Assembly: GCA_963736985.1 (NCBI GenBank)
Contig: CAVTRH010000008.1
Location: 176,711 to 240,710, forward strand
DNA length: 64,000 nt
Direction of reading: 5' to 3'
DNA from: an uncultured Acidobacteriaceae bacterium
GTDB taxonomy: Bacteria; Acidobacteriota; Terriglobia; Bryobacterales; Bryobacteraceae
Numbering within the stretch: position 1 is the first letter of the stretch; the number at the start of each line of letters is the position of its first letter. Under the pieces are notes generated by a model. The model had not been told where the DNA came from. It ran no database searches and saw nothing but the letters and a program-made list of their open reading frames with translations. This document shows positions 18,776-27,457 of this stretch, piece after piece. A program made the translations under genes and the position numbers.

Positions 18776-20335
18776 TCAGAACCAGGAGAAGACCGCACCC
18801 GTAGTCGCGTTGAAGGCCCACACCGCGGCGGCATTTCCCACAAACACGTCCGTCACGCCGCTCCCGACAAAACTGAAGCTCTGCGCGCTCGCGTTCCATT
18901 GATACAGATCTCCGGCGGCATTCACGCCCCAAACCGACCCATCGAACGCTACTTTCACCTGCATCAGGGTCCCTGGCACACTTACCCAGCGGTTCCCAGC
19001 GAGGTCATAGCGGTAAATCTGCTGCTCCGCGTTGACACCCCAAACGTTGTTCGCGTCGCCGACCGAGATTTGCACCAATGCTCCCGGAACGTTCACCCAC
19101 GATCCCACGCCATCAAAGCGATAGATCTGCTGCTGCGCGTTGAGGCCCCAGACCGTGCCGTCCGCGCCCACCGAGAGCGTCTGCAGTGCGCCTGGTATGT
19201 TGGCCCACGTGTTGTTCGAGAAATTGTAAGTAAATACTAGGCCGGCTGAATTGATGCCCCAGACCGAGTTATCGGCTCCCACTTGAATGAAATTCAACTG
19301 GCCCGGAATATTATTCCAGCTATTCGAGGAAGCATCCCATTCATAGATACTGCCGGACGTATCGAGAGCCCAGACATCGCCGCCAGCGCCCACCGAAATC
19401 TGCGCCAAGGCTGGCGGAACCGAACCGGCGAGGAAAGTTTGCGTCCCGGGGTTGAAGTATTCTCCTGTGTTTCCGCTCACTCCCCACACGCTTCCATCCG
19501 CCCCCACCGAAATCTGGCTCAATGAGCCGGGCACCGACGTGAGCGTCTGGTATGGACGCATGGGCGCATTTTGTAACTGGAAAATCTCTTGTGAGCTGTT
19601 GAGACCCCAAACCGCGCCATTGCCGCCTACAGCAATGCTGCTCAGAGTGCCTGGAATCTGAACTAGCGCCTGACTCTGGGCGTTGTAATAATAGACGTTT
19701 CCGGAGGCGTCCAATCCGTAAATGCTCCCGCCGCTTCCGACCGCGACCTGTGCAATAGGAACCTCGCTTGGCCCCGCATACCAAGCGCCTCGTTTGTAGC
19801 CATAGCCGACACCATTACTCAGTCCGATTGCGAATCCGTCCGCTCCCACCGCAATTTCGGTGAACGCGGGGTTCGCCAGGTACTGGAAATATCCGGTCCC
19901 TGGGTTATACCAGAAAGCTGCGCCCGAGCTGTTGATTCCGTACACCGCCCCCGCGGACCCGACCGCCAGATGCGCGAGTTGCCCCGGGACTTCGACAAAG
20001 GACCCTATTTGTGCGTTGTAATGATAAATGTTCGATTGGGCATCGAGTCCCCAGACATCACCGTCCGCGCCCACCGCGATCTGCGCTAGAGCTCCTGGAA
20101 CATCGATCCATTGCGAATGCACCGAGTCCCAGTGATAAATCTGCCCGTCCTCATTCAGGCCCCAGACTGCGTCGCTGGAGCCGACGGCAATCTGTAACAG
20201 CGCGCCCGGAATATTCGTCCAGCCGCTGCTGCCGTAGGTAAAGATCTGTTGAGAGCTGTTGAGGCCCCAGATGCTGCCGTCCGCGCCAACAGAAATTTGT
20301 GTAAGTGCCCCGGAAACACTCGAAAACGAAGGTGA
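18776..20335. repeat. copy A of a ~1.56 kb duplicated segment (tectonin-like module coding DNA)
   Basis: Aligns colinearly by eye with 21169..22728. Long identical runs occur, for example around 19080-19270 versus 21475-21665. Confidence 0.85.
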
Positions 20336-21160
20336 AGTCGATACCGAAGGGCACGTCCCGAGCAGACACGAGACCTCTAGGTTATAGCCGATGGTCGCAG
20401 CCTCGCTCGATTCGTAGGCCACTACTACGTAGGTCCCGTTTTGGACCGGAGTAATATCCGTCTGCACGGTTGAACCGCCATTAAAGGTGTTCGTGCACTG
20501 CCCTCGTAGAACGTTCGTTCCATCGGGTTGAAACACGTCAAAGCAGAAGTTCGACGGATATCCCCCGGTGGTCAGGCTGCCACCTATCTCATAGGTACCG
20601 GTGGTAGCTCCATAAAACGTGAAAGCATCCTGGGCTGTGGGTGTATCGATTGCGCTCGCGACGTTTTGCGAAAGAACGAGTGTGATGCCATCAGGTGGCG
20701 CGGGGTACAGCCGCTCAAGGGACAGACCGTAATTCGTCGTCGCGTCCAAGGTCTCGCTGACCGCGATGGTATAAGATCCCGCTAGCGGGAGCTTCTGATC
20801 AGTTGCAACCGAACTGCTGCCATTAAAGGTATTGCTGCAGCCTGAGAATATAGGCGCGCTCGAAAGACCCGGCGCATAGAGAGCGATACAAACGTTATTG
20901 GGGTAACCGATCCCCGGCGCGGATGCCACCAGCCTGTATATGTCCCCGGCCGAGCCGCTGAATTGGAAACCATCCACGTCGCCCGTGGTCATCAGAACAC
21001 AATTCGAGCCGTAATAAGTTTGTCCCGATGCGATTGGCACATTCTGCGCCGGCTCCGTCGGGCAGTTTGTGGTCTGAGCCGCCCATCCTCGACTAGGCAC
21101 AAGAAGTATCGTAAAAAGACAGACCACCAATAGCAAACCAAAATTCATTGAGGTTCGCAT
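18776..21160 (-). CDS. secreted protein: two PPC-like (pre-peptidase C-terminal type) domains plus 14 tectonin-like beta-propeller repeats
   Basis: Signal peptide MRTSMNFGLLLVVCLFTILLVPSRGWAAQ. Two similar ~110-aa units (GDVDGFQFSGSAGDIYRL…YTIAVSE…YGLSLE and AQDAFTFYGATTGTYEI…YVVVAYE…YNLEV). Then 14 repeats of ~37 aa with the pattern I.VG..G.VWG.N....IY.Y. ATG 21160 has GAGG upstream, overlapping the stop of the upstream gene. The track ORF start at 21325 would overlap that gene. Confidence 0.8.
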   Translation of the reverse strand: MRTSMNFGLLLVVCLFTILLVPSRGWAAQTTNCPTEPAQNVPIASGQTYYGSNCVLMTTGDVDGFQFSGSAGDIYRLVASAPGIGYPNNVCIALYAPGLSSAPIFSGCSNTFNGSSSVATDQKLPLAGSYTIAVSETLDATTNYGLSLERLYPAPPDGITLVLSQNVASAIDTPTAQDAFTFYGATTGTYEIGGSLTTGGYPSNFCFDVFQPDGTNVLRGQCTNTFNGGSTVQTDITPVQNGTYVVVAYESSEAATIGYNLEVSCLLGTCPSVSTSPSFSSVSGALTQISVGADGSIWGLNSSQQIFTYGSSGWTNIPGALLQIAVGSSDAVWGLNEDGQIYHWDSVHSQWIDVPGALAQIAVGADGDVWGLDAQSNIYHYNAQIGSFVEVPGQLAHLAVGSAGAVYGINSSGAAFWYNPGTGYFQYLANPAFTEIAVGADGFAIGLSNGVGYGYKRGAWYAGPSEVPIAQVAVGSGGSIYGLDASGNVYYYNAQSQALVQIPGTLSSIAVGGNGAVWGLNSSQEIFQLQNAPMRPYQTLTSVPGSLSQISVGADGSVWGVSGNTGEYFNPGTQTFLAGSVPPALAQISVGAGGDVWALDTSGSIYEWDASSNSWNNIPGQLNFIQVGADNSVWGINSAGLVFTYNFSNNTWANIPGALQTLSVGADGTVWGLNAQQQIYRFDGVGSWVNVPGALVQISVGDANNVWGVNAEQQIYRYDLAGNRWVSVPGTLMQVKVAFDGSVWGVNAAGDLYQWNASAQSFSFVGSGVTDVFVGNAAAVWAFNATTGAVFSWF

Positions 21161-21168
21161 CCCAGGCC

Positions 21169-22728
21169 TCAGAACCACGAAAACACCGCACCCGTAGTCG
21201 CGTTGAAGGCCCACACCGCGGCGGCATTTCCCACAAACACGTCCGTCACGCCGCTCCCGACAAAACTGAAGCTCTGCGCGCCAGCGTTCCATTGATACAG
21301 ATCTCCCGCGGCATTCACGCCCCAAACCGACCCATCGAACGCCACCTTTACCTGCATCAACGTGCCGGGCACACTCACCCAGCGGTTCGCAGCGAGGTCA
21401 TAGCGGTAAATCTGGTGCTCGGCGTTCACGCCCCAAACGTTATTCGCGTTGCCGACCGAGATCTGCACCAATGCTCCCGGAACGTTCACCCACGATCCCA
21501 CGCCATCAAAGCGATAGATCTGCTGCTGCGCGTTGAGGCCCCACACCGTGCCGTCCGCGCCCACCGACAGCGTCTGCAGTGCGCCTGGTATGTTGGCCCA
21601 CGTGTTATTCGAGAAATTGTAAGTAAATACTAGGCCGGCTGAATTGATGCCCCAGACCGAGTGATCGGCTCCCAGTTGAATGAAATTCAACTGGCCCGGA
21701 ATATTATTCCAGCTTCTCGAGGAAGGATCCCATTGATAGATACTGCCGGACGTATCGAGAGCCCAGACATTGCCGCCCGCGCCCACCGAGATCTGCGCCA
21801 AAGCTGGGGGAACCGAGACGGCGAGGAAAGTTTGCGTCGCGGGGTTGAAGTATTCTCCTGCGTTTCCGCTCACTCCCCACACACTTCCATCCGCCCCCAC
21901 CGAAATCTGGCTGAATGAGCCGGGCACCGAGGTGAGCGCCTGGAATCCGCGCGTCGGCGCGTTTTGGAGAGTGAAGATTTCTTGCGCGCTATTGAGACCC
22001 CAGACGGCGCCGCTGCCGCCGACAGAAATGCTGCTCAAAGTACCTGGAATCTGAACCAGAGCCCGGCTCTGCCCGTTATAGAAGTAAATATTCCCGGATG
22101 CATCCAGCGCATAGATGCTCCCGCCGGACCCGACCGCGACTTGTGCGATGGAAACGTCGGTCGGCCCGGCGATCCAACTGCCTGCCTCGTAGCCGTAGCC
22201 GATACCGTTATTCAGTCCCACCACATAGCCGTCGCTACCCACCGCAATTTGCGTGAACGCGGGGTTCGCCAGGTACTGGAAATATCCGGTCCCTGGGTTA
22301 TACCAGAAAGCTGCGCCCGAGCTGTTGATCCCGTACACCGCGCCAGCCGACCCGACCGCCAGATGCGCGAGTTGCCCCGGGACTTGGACAAAGGACCCGA
22401 TTTGCGCGTTGTAATGATAAATGTTCGATTGGGCATTGAGACCCCAGACATCACCGTCCGCGGCCACCACGATCTGCGCTAGAGTTCCTGGAACATTGAT
22501 CCAATCCGAATGCGCAGAATCCCAGTGGTAAATCTGTCCCTGCTCGTTCAAACCCCACACTGCGGTGCTCGACGCAACGGCAATCTGCGACAGCGTGCCC
22601 GGAATATTCGTCCACCCGCTGCTGCTGTAAGTAAAGATCTGTTGAGAGCTGTTGAGGCCCCACACGCTGCCATCCGCACCGACTGAGATTTCCTGCAGGG
22701 CTCCAGGGACGATTGTGAAGGACGGCGA
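21169..22728. repeat. copy B of the ~1.56 kb duplicated segment
   Basis: See copy A. At the protein level I count 6 differences in the last 172 aa and about 27 in the first 172 aa of the shared module. Confidence 0.85.
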
Positions 22729-24033
22729 GGAAGATTGCGACGAGCCATTTCGTACAAATACCCACGCCGCGCCGATGCCGCCGTCGAAAGGACCGCCTGC
22801 CATCGCCGTGTTTCCATCGCCAGAGAGCGCGACGGCGCGACCTTCCTCTGCATCGCCGGTCCCGCCGCTACCCACCAGCGGGGTCCCCAGCTGGCTCCAG
22901 TTCCCGTTGTTATCGCGGCCAAATACCCAAACTGCGCCGACCCCACTAGTGTCCGCAGGGCCGCCCACCAGAGCCGTCTTGCCGTCCCCGGAAAGCGCGA
23001 CCGACCAGCCAAGATTGGCGCCCGGTGTACCGTCGCCCACCAGCTTGCCTCCTTGCTGGCTCCAGTTGCCGCCGCCGTCTCTGGTGAAAACCCATGCTCC
23101 GCCACTTCCAGGGTCGCTCCCGCCGCCAGGTCCATTGCCGCCAGGTCCGCCCATGAGGGCTGTGTTCCCGTCCGCAGAAATCGCGACCGAACTACCTTCG
23201 ATGTAATCGTAAGTGGTCGGGTTAGCACTCACCAGCTTGCTTCCCTGCTGGGCCCAATTGCCGTTCGTGTCCCGGGTGAACACCCACATTGCACCGATGC
23301 CAGCGTCGTCTTGGGGGCCGCCCAGTACGGCGGTGTTCCCATCAGTAGAAATTGCTACTGACATGCCCTGAGCCGCAGCGCCGTAAGCCCCGCCGCCCAC
23401 CAGCTTGCTTCCTTGCTGGGTCCAGTTTCCGCTGCGATCTCGCGTGAATACCCACACCGCTCCGGCGCCGTTGTCATCGTCTGGCCCGCCCACGAGAGCC
23501 GTGTTGCCGTCGGCCGAGAGTGCCACGGACGTGCCTTGGCTCGCAGCATTATCAGCGCCGCTGCCCACCAGCTTACTGCCCTCCTGGGTCCAATTGCCGT
23601 TGACATCACGGGTGAAAACCCACACGGCGCCCGTAAAGGTATTGAAGCCGTTGTTATCGGTAGCGCCACCGACCAGAGCCGTATTGCCGTCCGCCGATAG
23701 CGCGACGGACCCGCCTTGACTTGCAGGCCCGGTCGCGCCGGTGCCGATCAATTTACTACCCTGTTGGGTCCAGTTGCCGCTGGTACCGCGGGCGAAAACC
23801 CAAACTCCACCGACACCAGCGTTGCTGTTGCCGTTGTCGTTAGGCCCACCTACCAGAGCCGTGTTCCCGTTCGATGAGAGCGCAACGGAAATACCCTCGA
23901 GCGGCATGCCGATGAACCCGCTCCCCACCAGCTTCCCGCCTTGCTGCGTGAATAGTTGCGCTCGCGCTTGCGTGCATACCAACAAGGTCGTGCAAAGAAC
24001 AACCCCGGCAAATCGAAATTGGGAAGAGGACAT
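21169..24033 (-). CDS. secreted protein: seven FG-GAP-like repeats plus 14 tectonin-like beta-propeller repeats
   Basis: Signal peptide MSSSQFRFAGVVLCTTLLVCTQARAQ. Seven ~55-aa repeats (QQGSKLVG.G…G.SVALSADGNTALVGGP.DD.G.GAVWVFTRD..GNWT) suggest a 7-bladed integrin-alpha-like propeller. The same 519-aa tectonin-like module as the downstream gene follows. ATG 24033 has GGAG 6 nt upstream. Confidence 0.8.
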   Translation of the reverse strand: MSSSQFRFAGVVLCTTLLVCTQARAQLFTQQGGKLVGSGFIGMPLEGISVALSSNGNTALVGGPNDNGNSNAGVGGVWVFARGTSGNWTQQGSKLIGTGATGPASQGGSVALSADGNTALVGGATDNNGFNTFTGAVWVFTRDVNGNWTQEGSKLVGSGADNAASQGTSVALSADGNTALVGGPDDDNGAGAVWVFTRDRSGNWTQQGSKLVGGGAYGAAAQGMSVAISTDGNTAVLGGPQDDAGIGAMWVFTRDTNGNWAQQGSKLVSANPTTYDYIEGSSVAISADGNTALMGGPGGNGPGGGSDPGSGGAWVFTRDGGGNWSQQGGKLVGDGTPGANLGWSVALSGDGKTALVGGPADTSGVGAVWVFGRDNNGNWSQLGTPLVGSGGTGDAEEGRAVALSGDGNTAMAGGPFDGGIGAAWVFVRNGSSQSSSPSFTIVPGALQEISVGADGSVWGLNSSQQIFTYSSSGWTNIPGTLSQIAVASSTAVWGLNEQGQIYHWDSAHSDWINVPGTLAQIVVAADGDVWGLNAQSNIYHYNAQIGSFVQVPGQLAHLAVGSAGAVYGINSSGAAFWYNPGTGYFQYLANPAFTQIAVGSDGYVVGLNNGIGYGYEAGSWIAGPTDVSIAQVAVGSGGSIYALDASGNIYFYNGQSRALVQIPGTLSSISVGGSGAVWGLNSAQEIFTLQNAPTRGFQALTSVPGSFSQISVGADGSVWGVSGNAGEYFNPATQTFLAVSVPPALAQISVGAGGNVWALDTSGSIYQWDPSSRSWNNIPGQLNFIQLGADHSVWGINSAGLVFTYNFSNNTWANIPGALQTLSVGADGTVWGLNAQQQIYRFDGVGSWVNVPGALVQISVGNANNVWGVNAEHQIYRYDLAANRWVSVPGTLMQVKVAFDGSVWGVNAAGDLYQWNAGAQSFSFVGSGVTDVFVGNAAAVWAFNATTGAVFSWF

Positions 24034-24071
24034 ATTCCGCTCCACGAACCAGATCAGGCCGCCGCTTCAGT

Positions 24072-24971
24072 TCAATCGGCGTCGACTCCGAAATCGAATA
24101 CCACGACCGATGTCGCTGCCGCCGCACCGCCCATGCCGGTAGCTGCCAGGAAAGCATATTCGCCGCTTCTTAAACCGATTTCGGGACTCACCCGGTACGC
24201 ATACGGGCGAATCTTCGCAGCTTGGAAATGAACCGTCTTCTTGTTGTCGTCCCCGGCGCTCGCGCTGCCGAACCCCACCTTGACCACTGTCGTTTCCCGG
24301 TGATCCTTTTTTGGTTCCAGGCGCAGCAACGAAAACTGAGCGGGACTCGTGATGGTATCCGCAGCCCCGAGATTGCCCGTGGGCGGGAAGTACATGTAAA
24401 ACTCCGGCCTCGCATCCACCGACCGAACTGAGGCGCGTGCCCCCGGAATCTCAGCCTTGATCTTTGCCTTTGCAATTCCATACGAAAATGCATGCCCCCA
24501 GACGTTCGCCGTTTTCTCGCGCCCCGAGCCGGCCCGGTCAATCAGCACCATCGTCTTCGTGCCTTGGCGGGAGGTGACCATGAGATAAATGCCAGGATCG
24601 TGCAGCGCCATAGGATCGTTCGGGTCCGTGGAAGCCTTGGTGACCGCCGAACTCGCAGTTGCCGGCGGATCGGCTTTCGGCTGCGCAGCAATCATCGCCC
24701 GAATGACCGCGTCGCTCACGCCCGCGGACTTGAGCATCACCAGATCATCCGTGCTCAGCGCTGACGGCATTAGATTGCCCTGGATCTTCGTGACAATCAC
24801 GTCGTCCGGCAATCCGGCCTTGGTCATCTGAATAACTGCGTCTTTTGTGACGGGTGCCTGTTGCCCTTGGCCGAGCAGCGGCAGAGCCGCTGCCAATATG
24901 AGCACCGGATAAATTGCTCTCAGCCGCCCATGAGCTCTGACGATACACGGAAGTTGATCGGAACGAGTCAT
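24072..24971 (-). CDS. exported hypothetical protein (299 aa)
   Basis: Signal-like AIYPVLILAAALPLLGQG. Two short related helical repeats (DAVIQMTKAGLPDDVIVTKI and DDLVMLKSAGVSDAVIRAMI), then a beta-rich region. ATG 24971 has AAGGGGG upstream. The stop is 38 bp before the start of the next gene. Confidence 0.7.
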   Translation of the reverse strand: MTRSDQLPCIVRAHGRLRAIYPVLILAAALPLLGQGQQAPVTKDAVIQMTKAGLPDDVIVTKIQGNLMPSALSTDDLVMLKSAGVSDAVIRAMIAAQPKADPPATASSAVTKASTDPNDPMALHDPGIYLMVTSRQGTKTMVLIDRAGSGREKTANVWGHAFSYGIAKAKIKAEIPGARASVRSVDARPEFYMYFPPTGNLGAADTITSPAQFSLLRLEPKKDHRETTVVKVGFGSASAGDDNKKTVHFQAAKIRPYAYRVSPEIGLRSGEYAFLAATGMGGAAAATSVVVFDFGVDAD

Positions 24972-25232
24972 ATAGCCCCCTTGCGTCACTCCGTTTTAGG
25001 GCTTTTAGGACGCGTAATCAACGTTGTTGGACGTTAGCTCCAGGCAGTTAACGTGTTAGCTTCCGCGGATTGGCCGGTTGAAAGTGATGCAGGCGATCGA
25101 TCCTCAGCTGTCCAAGACGGCTGCACCAGGCCGCTCGGCGACGTAGCTTCTCTGACTTTCTTTTCCGTCTTTGGAGGATTCGACGGGCCGAATCCGGGAC
25201 CACAAAGGCGTTAAGGAGCGCCGATGAACCTG

Positions 25233-27380
25233 TTAACGCGCCAGACCGGTCTTCCAGATGTTGGCCAGCTCGTCGCTTAATGTCATTGCCATCCGTCCTG
25301 AGCCGACCGCCAGTGTGCCGCCTGACCACGGATAATGCTGCGACCCGTGCCTGTGCAGGATAGCTACAGGCGCGCCCTGCGGAATCTTGGTCTTTGGATG
25401 AAGGCGCTGCATATACAAACACCGAAAACCGTCTCTCAGGCTCCAAAAATAGATCGCGTTACCGTCGGGTGCCCAATCCAGCGACAACGTATACACTTCC
25501 TGATCGATCTGTATCGTTCTGTTGGATCCGTCGAGCGGCGCCAGATATCCTGCAATGCTTTCCCCTTGTCCCGTCGTGCTCACAAAGGAAAGCCAGCGGG
25601 CATCGGGTGAAAATCTCGCTCGCTCAGGTTCACGCGTTAGATGGAGCAAGGGCGTCTTCCCAGGTTGGCCGATCCGCAATTGAAACAGGTCGCTGCCGTC
25701 CGCGCAAAGTAACAATTCGCCATCACTCGACCAATCCTGGAGAACGGGACACTCCGTCGTAACGAGACGATCCGTTTTTTCCGCAACGTTCCGCAGAATA
25801 ACTGATACCGTCGAGCCCTGTTTGCGCACGAATACGACCTTGCGGCCGCTGCGATCGAGAAACAGCGGGCTTTCGGAAAACGGCGATGCGGCGAGCAATT
25901 GTTGTGTTCCAGTCCGTAAGTCTTTCAAGCAGATATCGGGAGATCCAGTTCGATAGGTGATGAAACCCAAGACGCTTCCATCGCCCGACAGCGCCGGCCA
26001 AGTGCCGTTCCAGCCTGGCCACAATGAGCTGTCGTGAGTCACTTGTTCCAGCGGGACCGAGCCATTCAAGTTGCTTTCCCAGATATTGGTTTCGCGGCGC
26101 TCCGTAGAAAACAACAACGATAGCGCTCCGTTGCGCCCGCGAATTATCTTCGCGGCTGTCGCGCCGATCGCAGAAGGTACCGGCCGGATCTGGCCTATGG
26201 CTCCCGATGACTCCAATGAGACCTGAAACAGGAATCCGGTGTCACGTTCATGCGCGACAAAAAAAAGCCGATGGGCAATCCACTCCTGGGGCCAATACGA
26301 AGCCGTTGGAAGATCGTGCGCGCGCAACTGCGCATGGATACCAAGCGGCTGTGCGAGCTCTTTGCGACGTCGGCCAACTTTAGCTGTCCACAGATCGTAG
26401 TTGGCTCCTTTGGCATTTTTGGCCGCGAACACGAGCTCGCTTCCATCGGGAGACCATACCGGCCATTCTGTTTCTGTGGTCCCGTAATCCATCTGCTCCG
26501 GTACGCCCCCCTCGGCAGGAATGATATAAAGATGTCCAGCGCTGTCTGTCGCCATCCCGGAAAACGTGATCCACTTGCCATCGGGAGAAAATCTAGGATT
26601 GTAACCTCCTCTCGCCAACAGCTTGAGATTTTGGCCGTCGGCGGAGATGGACCAGACGCCTTCCGGTTTCCGCCACGAGCGAAATACAACATGCTTTCCG
26701 TCTGGCGAGATATCAGGAGTAATCGCGTGCGCGGGATCATTGGTCAACTGCCGCGGTGGTTTTCCAGCCTGTTGTATCCAAATGTCTGTATTCCCACGCG
26801 GTCCGCGGTCCGACGCATAGACCAGCAGGGAGCCATCACGCGAAACAGCGGGTTGCGCGGTCCAACCAGTGTCGAACGTGATCTGAACCGGAACACCTGT
26901 CGGCGTAGGCGGAGGTCGCCGCGTCACCAGTAAAACAACAACAGCAGAAAGCACGATGATAGAGGAGGCCGCTACCCCGTACCAACCTTTTCGCCAACGA
27001 CGCGCTGGACGCTTCGCAGGCAAAGACGAAAAGGTCGCGAGGTAGTGACCGCGCGGAATGTCGATATGAATACAATCCTCGCGCCCGCCCTGGGCGTAGT
27101 ATTCCGTAAGCTTGCGGCGAACACCATTTATCTCAACGCGGACCAGCGTGTGCCGCCGCGGGTCATAATCGTCGCGGCCGAAGACATCTCTGGCCAGAAC
27201 GATCTCCTTAAGCATTTCGCCCCGACCGGCCAGCGACTCGGTAACAATGGTCCGGAGCAGAAGCTGCTGGCGAGGCGATGAACGGAAGAACTTACTTGCA
27301 AGCACCCGATCGAGCTGCCGCCGGACTGCATCCGCCAAAAGGTTACCGTCGCGGCCCGGGGCAACTGCACTGGTCTTCAT
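25233..27380 (-). CDS. ToxR/CadC-like membrane protein: cytoplasmic winged-helix (OmpR-C-like) domain, one TM segment, periplasmic TolB-type (PD40) beta-propeller
   Basis: The N-terminal ~115 aa fit the OmpR/CadC winged-helix pattern (QQLLLRTIVTESLAGRGEMLKEIVLARDVFGRDDYDPRRHTLVRVEINGVRRKLTEYY…IHIDIPRGHYLATF). A TM segment follows (WYGVAASSIIVLSAVVVLLV). Repeated PD40 signatures come after it (SRDGSLLVYAS, SPDGKHVVFRS, SPDGKWITFSG, SPDGSELVFAA, SPDARWLSFVS, APDGNAIYFWS). Confidence 0.75.
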   Translation of the reverse strand: MKTSAVAPGRDGNLLADAVRRQLDRVLASKFFRSSPRQQLLLRTIVTESLAGRGEMLKEIVLARDVFGRDDYDPRRHTLVRVEINGVRRKLTEYYAQGGREDCIHIDIPRGHYLATFSSLPAKRPARRWRKGWYGVAASSIIVLSAVVVLLVTRRPPPTPTGVPVQITFDTGWTAQPAVSRDGSLLVYASDRGPRGNTDIWIQQAGKPPRQLTNDPAHAITPDISPDGKHVVFRSWRKPEGVWSISADGQNLKLLARGGYNPRFSPDGKWITFSGMATDSAGHLYIIPAEGGVPEQMDYGTTETEWPVWSPDGSELVFAAKNAKGANYDLWTAKVGRRRKELAQPLGIHAQLRAHDLPTASYWPQEWIAHRLFFVAHERDTGFLFQVSLESSGAIGQIRPVPSAIGATAAKIIRGRNGALSLLFSTERRETNIWESNLNGSVPLEQVTHDSSLWPGWNGTWPALSGDGSVLGFITYRTGSPDICLKDLRTGTQQLLAASPFSESPLFLDRSGRKVVFVRKQGSTVSVILRNVAEKTDRLVTTECPVLQDWSSDGELLLCADGSDLFQLRIGQPGKTPLLHLTREPERARFSPDARWLSFVSTTGQGESIAGYLAPLDGSNRTIQIDQEVYTLSLDWAPDGNAIYFWSLRDGFRCLYMQRLHPKTKIPQGAPVAILHRHGSQHYPWSGGTLAVGSGRMAMTLSDELANIWKTGLAR

Positions 27381-27457
27381 TCGATCGGGGCGCTCCTGTC
27401 CCTTTCGTCACAGAAGTGTAACAGAAGCCGCTCGACCGAAATCTCGCGTCCCCGGCA

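Noticed and set aside
18776-24045. Could the repetitive DNA be a CRISPR array or a diversity-generating retroelement target/template pair?
   Set aside because: The repeats are 37-codon protein repeats and one 1.56 kb gene duplication, not short direct repeats with unique spacers. No reverse transcriptase ORF exists in the window. The substitutions I can see between the copies include G/C and G/A changes in both directions rather than adenine-specific changes.
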